This document shows, one piece after another, positions 10,424 to 19,867 of a stretch of 22,159 nt of DNA (positions within the stretch are counted from its first letter, which is position 1; each line of letters begins with the position of its first letter). The stretch is from Macrostomum lignano. Lineage: Eukaryota. A program made the translations under genes and the position numbers. Where the stretch lies: the NCBI GenBank assembly GCA_002269645.1, contig NIVC01001898.1:116535-138693 (forward strand), written 5' to 3'. Under the pieces are notes generated by a model. That model searched no databases. It worked only from the letters and a program-made list of their open reading frames with translations, and was not told the DNA's origin.

Positions 10424-10676
10424 TGTCCCGAGACCAACTGCTCGGGTGTCAGGATTCCCTGCCAGGATCTCTGGCGGGACATCCGGCCTCAGTCTGATCT
10501 CAAATTGGGCGTCTTCTCGTGCACTGACTTGAACTTTGCTAACAGCGGGGCGCGCCCGACAGGGCAGCAATTCATTTCCTGCCGAATGCTAAGCGATTGC
10601 TGGAATTGAAACGCGAGTGCTAATTAGGAATCTCGGCTGGCTGCCACGGCACCAGCCTCTGTGTGCCCCCGTGTTT

Positions 10677-10696
10677 CAATGATTAATTAATCATTG
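10677..10696. promoter_or_regulatory. Perfect 20-bp palindrome containing two back-to-back TGATTAAT (PBX-HOX type) sites
   Basis: CAATGATTAATTAATCATTG equals its own reverse complement. A second homeodomain-type palindrome, CTAATTAG, lies ~55 nt upstream. The palindrome is certain; regulatory function is inferred. Confidence 0.35.
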
Positions 10697-10983
10697 CAGT
10701 CTCTCCGCCCGGCACTCTTCTTCCGTGCGTCTGGCCTGCTCTTCAACTGACACTTCAGACATTTGTACCGCGTGTTCAGCCTATGACACTGAGCTGCATA
10801 TTGACACCATGAATAGGGAGACAAAATAGCCGCCCCCTAGGGTATGGACTCAAATTACGAGTATGAGCAGCTTGGGAAAATAACACCTGGCCTCCGAGTG
10901 GCATCCGATTGTTCATCGATGTTTGTCTCCTGTCACATTTTTGCCGGAGGGAAACCCGCTGTGATCTTTTGAATTGCCGTTTT

Positions 10984-11299
<316 letters not shown>

Positions 11300-11636
11300 G
11301 AAGAAAAATGCAATAGTAAATAGTCCAAACTCTGTCGCACGACTTTTCTATCAAAATCTGTTTGATTTGAAACCATCAGCCCGGATATAAAGTTTTCGTT
11401 TTGCATAATGCTTTTATTCTTTACAAAAATTTAAAGTTTATTACACATGTGACTGACAGCTGCCTTTGTAGTTGCTTGCAAGCTTTTTGACTGTCTACAG
11501 CAGTTAGACCGATGGGAGCCGTCATTCTATAATGTCGGTCGTGAACTTAAGGTTGCAGATATTTAGCGTTTGATAAAAAGCAGCTTGCAACATGAAGTGC
11601 TGTCCGCGAATTGGTTTGCTTGCCTGTTTGTTGTGA

Positions 11637-12057
11637 ATGCAGGAATGGAATCGATTGCTAATCGAGCTCACAAGGATGCAGGAATAGAATGGATTGCTAA
11701 TCGAGCTCACAAGGATGCAGGAATAGAATGGATTGCTAATCTAGCTCACAAGGATGCAGGAATAGAATCGATTGCTAATCGAGCTCACAAGGATGCAGGA
11801 ATAGAATGGATTGCTAATCGAGCTCACAAGGATGCAGGAATAGAATGGATTGCTAATCTAGCTCACAAGGATGCAGGAATAGAATGGATTGCTAATCTAG
11901 CTCACAAGGATGCAGGAATAGAATGGATTGCTAATCGAGCTCACAAGGATGCAGGAATAGAATGGATTGCTAATCTAGCTCACAAGGATGCAGGAATAGA
12001 ATGGATTGCTAATCTAGCTCACAAGGATGCAGGAATAGAATGGATTGCTAATCTAGC
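11637..12057. repeat. 39-bp minisatellite, ~11 units
   Basis: Unit ATGCAGGAATAGAATGGATTGCTAATC(G/T)AGCTCACAAGG, with essentially two variable sites. Confidence 0.97.
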
Positions 12058-12545
12058 CCATTCGGTACCTCAAACTCATTAAAATGAGTTAAAATTCCTC
12101 AAATCCGAGTTGCCAGATGAGTCTTATTCCATACCAGAAGCGGGAGTCAGACAGCTTCGCCACCCACCTCATCCGTGAGTTATTTCATTTTCACCCGGAG
12201 GCCGAGCATCGATCGCTGTCTGCCGAGGGCGAATTTCTGCTTTGCACTGATAATCTTAAGCCTCCTATTTTTTGATCGATCGCCTTGCAAGATGCCTGCC
12301 GTCTTGCTCAGACCAGTCTGAAGTGGCGGCCGTATGCCAATGTAAAATGCTTCTGTTATTCACAGCCATTGTCCATACCCAGCTGCTCAGCTAAATAAAT
12401 TTATGCCAAGTCACGCCACCAGCACTGACCTTTGGAGCTTAAAAAACTTTTGATTTTAAAGACGACAAAAGGATTGATTCGTTCTGAGTGCTTAAAATAT
12501 AAAGTGCATCGGAACATAAATTTTTAATCAGTATTAGTGCAAATT

Positions 12546-13012
12546 TGTCATGGACTACCATGTCCTCTGGTCCTTGAAACTGCAGAGATCTGTGTCATGG
12601 ACTACCAGTCCTCTGGTCCTTGAAACTGCAGAGATCTGTGTCATGGACTACCAGTCCTCTGGTCCTTGAAACTGCAGAGATCTGTGTCATGGACTACCAG
12701 TCCTCTGGTCCTTGAAACTTCAGAGATCTGTGTCATGGACTACCAGTCCTCTGGTCTTTGAAACTGCAGAGATCTGTGTCATGGACTACCAGTCCTCTGA
12801 TCCTTGAAACTTCAGAGATCTGTGTCATGGACTACCAGTCCTCTGATCCTTGAAACTTCAGAGATCTGTGTCATGGACTATCAGTCCTCTGATCCTTGAA
12901 ACTTCAGAGATTTGTGTCATGGACTACCAGTCCTTTGATCTTTGAAACTGCAGAGACTTGTGTCATGGACTACCAGTCCTCTAATCCTTGAAACTTCAGA
13001 GATTTGTGTCAT
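12546..13012. repeat. 46-bp minisatellite, ~10 units
   Basis: Unit TGTCATGGACTACCAGTCCTCTG(G/A)TCCTTGAAACT(G/T)CAGAGATCTG. Period confirmed from ACTACCAGTC at 12601 and 12647. Confidence 0.97.
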
Positions 13013-13345
13013 CAAACAAAATCATGCTATAGCAATACACCCGCAAATTTTATGTGCTAGTTCCGAAAATAAAATGTAATGCTACTCAAGCAAAAATTAT
13101 AAAGATTAAAAGCGTGAATATCCATAACGCGTATAGAAAAGAGTAAGCAAGTTTATTTCTAAAAAGTAAAAAGTTTAAATCATAGCTCAGCAGTTTTTGG
13201 TGTTTCGACATTTCGCAGCAGTTCTAAGAGAGATTGAAGGGCTTAAAATATAGTTATGATCCAGATTGCTTCTGAAAGATACGTACATTAAATCAGCTGT
13301 CATGACACAAGATTCACAGACTCACAGACCGCGAGCGAACGGAGT

Positions 13346-15207
13346 ATTCAATTCCGGAGTGACTCACTAACCATCAAATGATTCAACTCCGGAGTGACTC
13401 ATTAACCATCAAATGATTCAACTCCGGAGTGACTCACTAACCTCACTCACTCAATTCCGGAGTGACTCACTAACCATCAAATAATTCAACTCCGGAGTGA
13501 CTCATTAACCATCAAATAATTCAACTCCAGAGTGACTCATTAACCATCAAATAATTCAACTCCAGAGTGACTCACTAACCATCAAATGATTCAACTCCGG
13601 AGTGACTCATTAACCATCAAATGATTCAACTCCGGAGTGACTCACTAACCTCACTCACTCAATTCCGGAGTGACTCACTAACCATCAAATAATTCAACTC
13701 CGGAGTGACTCATTAACCATCAAATAATTCAACTCCAGAGTGACTCATTAAAAATCAAAAGATTCAACTCCAGAGTGACTCATTAAAAGTCAAAAGATTC
13801 AATTCCAGAGTGACTCATTAAAAATCAAAAGATTCAATTCCGGAGTGACTCATTAAAAGTCAAAAGATTCAATTCCGGAGTGACTCATTAAAAGTCAAAA
13901 GATTCAATTCCAGAGTGACTCATTAAAAGTCAAATGATTCAATTCCGGAGTGACTCATTAAAAGTCAAATGATTCAATTCCGGAGTGACTCATTAAAATT
14001 CAAATGATTCAATTCCGGAGTGACTCATTAAAAGTCAAAAGATTCAATTCCAGAGTGACTCATTAAAAGTCAAATGATTCAATTCCGGAGTGACTCATTA
14101 AAAGTCAAATGATTCAATTCCGGATTGACTCATTAAAAGTCAAATGATTCAATTCCGGAGTGACTCATTAAAAGTCAAAAGATTCAATTCCAGAGTGACT
14201 CATTAAAAGTCAAATGATTCAATTCCAGAGTGACTCATTAAAAGTCAAATGATTCAATTCCAGAGTGACTCATTAAAAGTCAAATGATTCAATTCCGGAG
14301 TGACTCATTAAAATTCAAATGATTCAATTCCAGAGTGACTCATTAACCATCCAAATGATTCAATTCCAGAGTGACTCATTAAAAGTCAAATGATTCAATT
14401 CCAGAATGACTCATTAACCATCCAACAAATTTTTCAATTCCAGAGTGACTCATTAACCATCCAAATGATTCAATTCCAGAGTGACTCATTAAAAGTCAAA
14501 TGATTCAATTCCAGAGTGACTCATTAAAAGTCAAATGATTCAATTCCAGAGTGACTCATTAAAAGTCAAATGATTCAATTCCAGAGTGACTCATTAAAAG
14601 TCAAATGATTCAATTCCGGAGTGACTCATTAAAATTCAAATGATTCAATTCCAGAGTGACTCATTAACCATCCAAATGATTCAATTCCAGAGTGACTCAT
14701 TAAAAGTCAAATGATTCAATTCCAGAATGACTCATTAACCATCCAACAAATTGTTCAATTCCAGAGTGACTCATTAACCATCCAAATGATTCAATTCCAG
14801 AGTGACTCATTAACCATCCAACAAATTGTTCAATTCCAGAGTGACTCATTAACCATCCAAATGATTCAATTCCAGAGTGACTCATTAACCATCCAAATGA
14901 TTAAATTCCAGAGTGACTCATTAACCATCCAAATGATTCAATTCCAGAGTGACTCATTAACCATCCAACAAATTGTTCAATTCCAGAGTGACTCATTAAC
15001 CATCCAAATGATTCAATTCCAGAGTGACTCATTAACCATCCAAATGATTCAATTCCAGAGTGACTCATTAACCATCCAAATGATTCAATTCCAGAGTGAC
15101 TCATTAACCATCCAAATGATTCAATTCCAGAGTGACTCATTAACCATCCAAATGATTCAATTCCAGAGTGACTCATTAACCATCCAACAAATTGTTCAAT
15201 TCCGGAG
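13346..15207. repeat. Satellite of 35/36/39-bp units, ~52 copies, three sub-families
   Basis: Shared core ATTCAATTCC(A/G)GAGTGACTCATTAA with variable tails ACCATCAAATG, AAGTCAAATG, ACCATCCAAATG or ACCATCCAACAAATTG. There are no unique spacers, so it is not a CRISPR array. Confidence 0.97.
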
Positions 15208-15431
15208 CCTCCAACAAAAACAATTTTCCTTCAACTCGAAACAAATTTGCCCCTAAAAGCAGAAATATGCACAGGAGATTACTTAATAACAAGAAGTAAA
15301 GCAAATATAAAAAGCCAGTCAGCATTACCATTTTTTTTTGAAAAACTGAAACAAAAAATCCTCAGTTACCTTCAATCTCCTGTCAGAAAAATTCCACCAT
15401 TAGCTAAGGGATTTTATCCCCTTCACCTCAA

Positions 15432-15698
15432 CTAGCGCCTGCTGGCAGCGTAGATTCCCAGCCCCACGGGGCCCTGACGGTGGCTCTGCTCGGCCCGCCA
15501 CGCTGCCACAGCCGCCTGGCGCGCTCTCTCGCTGCGGAACGTGTCCAGCTGCGGCCGGGCTGACCGTTCGAATCGAGCCAGTCTCCATGGCAACTGCTGC
15601 TGCTGCGTCTGCAGTGCCGACGGGTAAGAGGCGTCCACAGGCAGCAGACGCTGGCGCAGCATCGCCGCCCGAGTCATGGTCGGCTGCGTGAAGTCCGG
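15432..15698 (-). CDS. CFAP77: CFAP77 homolog, exon 4 (last coding exon)
   Basis: Acceptor CCTTCCAG| in phase 0; 267 nt to TAG. PTMTRAAMLRQ...LPWRLARFERSARPQLDTFRSERARQAAVAAWRAEQSHRQGPVGLGIY matches the recalled vertebrate C-terminus (ETRSSQLR...[46 protein letters not shown]). Confidence 0.9.
   Translation of the reverse strand, partial: PDFTQPTMTRAAMLRQRLLPVDASYPSALQTQQQQLPWRLARFERSARPQLDTFRSERARQAAVAAWRAEQSHRQGPVGLGIYAASRR
15581..15594. promoter_or_regulatory. RFX X-box motif inside CFAP77 exon 4
   Basis: GTCTCCATGGCAAC / GTTGCCATGGAGAC fits the GTHNYY-AT-RRNAAC consensus without mismatch. Function is unproven. Confidence 0.4.
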
Positions 15699-16037
15699 CT
15701 GGAAGGTTTTTTGGTACAAAAATAGTAGAAAAACGCATTTTTCTACTTGCAGTAGGTTAGGTGAAGTTTAACAAATAAAGTTTTAAAATCCGAGTGTAAT
15801 TTTATGATACTTTTACTAGCAGTAGTGTAGAATGAGTGTGAGAATGGTGAAAGAAATTATTGATTGTATCAATCATTTGCACCATACGTCAGTTAGCACT
15901 AGACTTTGGCTAAATTATAAACCAAAATGACAATGCCTGAAACGGGTCAAAATTGGGTGGCAAATCAAATAGCCAATAATTAATTTCGACAACCGAATTC
16001 AGCAGCTCAAAGTGGCGATCGAAATTCCTTGACTCAC

Positions 16038-16143
16038 CCTGACTGCTTCGGTGGCGCTCTTGACGCTGTGTCGGTCGAAACGGCTCTGCTGCCACTCGGT
16101 GAAGTAGCGGTTCGACAGCAGCTCGTGCAGCGGGTCGCCCGAC
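16038..16143 (-). CDS. CFAP77: CFAP77 homolog, exon 3
   Basis: Acceptor ...TTTTCCAACCCCGCCAAG| in phase 2; donor AGG|GTGAGT in phase 0; 106 nt. SGDPLHELLSNRYFTEWQQ matches recalled PSTPFFDLLQHRYLQLWVQ. Confidence 0.88.
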
Positions 16144-16303
16144 CTTGGCGGGGTTGGAAAAGTGGAGTTTGATGAAAAGAAGTTCGTTTTCTGTTCTTGC
16201 AACTTCCAAGTTTACGATTTCTTTGTTTCTTATTAACTTTAGTTAAAATTTAGCAGAAATAATTATCCAACCAAATATCACCCCCGACATAAAGTCTTGT
16301 ACT

Positions 16304-16823
16304 CCTGACCAAAATCACCCTGACCAAAATCACCCTGATATAAAATCACCCTGATATAAAATCACCCCTGGCCAAAATCCACCCTGGCCAAAATCACCCT
16401 GACCAAAATCACCCTGATTTAAAATCACCTCTGGCCAAAATCACCCTGACCAAAATCACCCTGATATAAAATCACCCTGATATAAAATCACCCCTTGCCA
16501 AAATCCCCCCTGGCCAAAATCACCTCTGGCCAAAATCACCCTGATATAAAATCACCCCTTGCCAAAATCCCCCCTGGCCAAAATCACCCCTGACCAAAAT
16601 CACCCCTGACCAAAATAACCCCTGACCAAAATAAGCCCTGACCGAAATCCCCCTGACCAAAATCACCCTGACCGAAATCACCCCTGGCCGAAATCACCCC
16701 TGACCAAAAATATACCCTGACTAAAATCACCCCTGACCAAAATCACCCCTGGCCAAAATAACCCCTGACCAAAATCACCCCTGACCAAAATCGCCCCTCA
16801 CCAAAATCGCCCCTCACCAAAAT
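16304..16823. repeat. 15-16-bp minisatellite (CCCTGACCAAAATCA and variants), ~33 units, inside CFAP77 intron 2
   Basis: Tandem units with GACC/GGCC/GATAT variants. They fill ~70% of the 733-nt intron (16876-16144). Confidence 0.95.
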
Positions 16824-16876
16824 TAGAAGGTTACTAAAGCCCCTTCAAACTAAAACTAAGCGAAGTGAAGACTCAC

Positions 16877-17210
16877 TGGGTCCTGACTCCGTAGGTCATT
16901 GGCACGGGCAGCTGTCTCGTCATCTGCTGCTGCCTCGAAGCCGCCGGAGCCTGCAGCTCGTCGTCAGCCGACAAGTTGGAGTCCCCGTTGGCCGAAGGCG
17001 GGCAGCTGGGGCCGGAGGCACCGCCGCGCAGAGCCCGGAAGTCGCTGGCCTGGCGCAGGGAAGCGTAGCCCAGCCTGGCCGCCTCCCTGTTGATTGACAG
17101 GTAGTTCCGCTGCAGCCGCTGTTTGGGCCGCTTCAGCAGAGCCTGGTAGCTGCCAGCGATGTGCCGGGTCTGATCGAATTGCTGTGGCTGCTGGCGCTGC
17201 TCAGCCGAGT
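16877..17210 (-). CDS. CFAP77: CFAP77 homolog, exon 2
   Basis: Acceptor CTCCAG| in phase 1; donor CA|GTGAGT in phase 2; 334 nt. RNYLSINREAARLGYASLRQASDFR and LPVPMTYGVRT match recalled [25 protein letters not shown] and LPPNMTFGIRA. The 5' boundary is less certain than the 3'. Confidence 0.87.
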
Positions 17211-17341
17211 CTGGAGCCGTTATTTTTAACAAATTATTTTTACTTCCGAAGGGTATAGGTCTAACGTAACTAAAAACGAAGGAAAAGTGGAAAAGCTGGG
17301 TGGGGATAGCCACTTCTTTGAGAGTAGTTTTTCTAAATCAC

Positions 17342-17420
17342 CTGGCTCATCAGCTTGATAGGCTTGGAGCCGATCTTCGGGCTCGGCGGCTTCTCCTTCG
17401 TAGCCGTTGTAACAAGCCAT
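17342..17420 (-). CDS. CFAP77: CFAP77 homolog, putative exon 1 (MACYNGYEGEAAEPEDRLQAYQADEP)
   Basis: ATG at 17420, GC-rich coding-like island, and donor CAG|GTGATT in phase 1 compatible with the acceptor at 17211. The four exons total 786 nt = 261 aa plus stop. This exon has no recognisable homology. Confidence 0.55.
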
Positions 17421-19177
17421 AAGTTAAGATTTTGAATGGCAAGAAATAAAAAAATATATTAGAATACAATACAATGACTCTGGTTCCTTACTGCTTGGAG
17501 TATGGCAATAGTAGTAGAAATGTTTATAAACAACAAACTTTGTTTAATAACATATTTCGCTTTTCAACTTTTAAGGTCTAAATACAGGAGATAATAAAAT
17601 CAAGAATGCAGGATTTTGGCACCAAAAGATGTGTCAAGACTATTTTTTTATTTACAAAAAGATACACAGCTCAGAATACAGAAAATTGTGCCTGTCCATT
17701 AACATTAACAATCCTTTTTGCTACTTCAAGGAGTTTTAAAAAATTAAACTTCGATTTTTAAGGTTTTCATTTATTATTATTCCTATTGGCACCTCAATAT
17801 TGAAGCTAGGACATGAAAAGTTGCTATTAATACATATTGGTAGACAATTTAGCAGTTGCTTAGAAGATGCTATCATTATGTAATTTTTTCTCATAATTAA
17901 AAACTAGCAAATAAATGATTCATACAATATATCTTATATTATTTGCATTATTTTAATTATTTAAATGTCGAGAAACTTAACACTATTGAAGTTTTGAACA
18001 AACAAGTTTGCGATTGTTCACTTAAAAAACCTATAATGGTTTCCATGCTCACTTCTATATTATATTTCATATCAAACCTGATTAAAAAAATTTGCCTGTA
18101 TAAATCTTTTAAAGATTTTGAAGACACTAGAGTAGTTTCTCTCAAATCAATCTATGAGAGTAAATTGTATAATGCCATAATGGTATGAAAGCGCCGGTAT
18201 GAATCGACGTACAGACAGAGAAATATCTAATTTTTATGTGATAAAATTGAACATATTAATTTGAAACTAATATGAATAACAAAGATAAAATTTAAAGGTT
18301 AATTATTTGAGCGGAATAAATTACAAGACATTTGACTGTTTTTTGCTTCGGTTGTTTCAAATGCTTGTTTCAATATGAGGAACCGTTATTAAGTCAGAAA
18401 AAATCATGTTAAGCTGTCTTAACAACACCATTGTTATTAAATCTGTACAGTTAATAACTTTTTTAATTAAAATAAAAATATATACTGCTGTCAGAAAACG
18501 TTTTTCAGAAATAGCTTATTATTTGTCTTTATTGTCGTAAATATTTGTTTAACTATCTAAATAATTTCCGTATGCTTCTAAATGTTAAATTTTTACGGCT
18601 CGGTGTAAATGCCATTTTTATATATTAATGTTGTAATGTTGTAATGTTAATGTACGTGATGAGGACGCACTTTTTTCCAAACCCCGCGCTAGCACATGGG
18701 CTCTAAACTTACTTGCCTACTAACAGTGGGCAATGGGCATTTTTATCCTTTTTCTGCGAATAGTCATGGAATCTATACTACATATAATGTCTGGTCATAC
18801 TAGTAGTCATAATAACATAGGCATAGCTTTTTGGGTCATAAATCATCGCTTCCGAAGTTGGTCTGACAGCCACCTGCGCCTCACTCAGTGTTGAGACTGG
18901 CGCCAGATGGTCTGAGAGGATGCGGGCGGTAGCTTTTTTCTCATCATTTTGACAGGCCATCAAGATTTATGAGGTCAGAGCCTATTGTTCGGGTTCACTC
19001 AAGCGTGTGACAGCTTTGACAGCTATGCGTTTTACCCCTAAAAGTACTTTGGGATTAGCGATTAGCAATTTCTCTTCATTATCTTCACTTTCTATTTAAT
19101 AAGAGCTTTCAAATGTATATTTTTCATTAATTTCTGTCAATCCTTACGCAAAAAGTCATAAATCATTTTGTTGCGAT

Positions 19178-19867
19178 TGTGAGTGATTTATGGCCGCACC
19201 TGTCATCTTTTTACGACCCTGTGGGAACTGATAGGATCTCTCGGTCACGTGATTCTGGGTAGCAACAAGCTTAGCCAATCAGAAAATTCGACGCTCATTT
19301 TAACAAAACGGCTCAGCCAATCAGAATCGACGTGTTCCATTATAACAAACTGCGGCCCAGTTGGCGGCTATTTAAACCAGTGTTTTTGGCCCGCTCGGAC
19401 CTCAACCTCCTGGGACCTTAGCCTAGCTTGAGACATCCCGGAGCGCGACCGTCGTTTCTTGATCCCCGGATTGCGACTTCCCCCATCATCATTAAGGACG
19501 AATCCCCCGGTCATCAGCAGCGAACATCAAACGAAGAGCATCACCTGCTAGCTATCTGCGAAGACTGTGACAGCATCATCCCGAGTCTACAGCTACAGAG
19601 CATCAAGCCGATTCGGTCACTGTGGATTACCTGGTCTCCGGCTGTCGGGTTTCTGATTGGTTGGGTGAGAGGCTACCTAGACTTGCTTGATTGGGTGATT
19701 CCCTGTCTGTCCCCTGTTTCAGTAGCTGGATTAGGCGCACACTTTTGCTCATTTTCTTCAGTAGTGCTGTTGCTGAGGCAGAAATCACTTAATAATACTG
19801 CTAGTAGTCTGAAACTCCAATTCAATCTGAAGTGTGAAGTGATTTAAGGAGAAGGTTAAATCTGACA
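19178..19867 (+). mobile_element. Probable solo LTR (690 bp)
   Basis: TGTGAG...CTGACA ends (5/6 inverted match). E-box GTCACGTGA at 19244, two AGCCAATCAG boxes at 19273 and 19315, TATTTAAA at 19369, and an internal 58-nt GT-AG intron at 19665-19722. Weak points: the flanks GCGAT/GTTAT are not a clean TSD and there is no canonical AATAAA. Confidence 0.4.

Noticed and set aside
13346-15207. CRISPR-like array (35-36-bp partly palindromic repeats) and the MIQFQSDSLTIQ ORF
   Set aside because: Units are directly adjacent with no unique spacers; no cas genes; eukaryotic context. The ORF is a by-product of the 36/39-bp periodicity.
17600-17800. Faint hAT-transposase-like peptide on the minus strand (LLEVAKRIVNVNGQA)
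   Set aside because: Too short and fragmented in AT-rich DNA, and neighbouring motif-like pieces are in the wrong order.
18778-18963. 61-aa minus-strand ORF as a possible upstream CFAP77 exon
   Set aside because: No similarity to the recalled CFAP77 N-terminus and no convincing splice path to exon 1 or 2.
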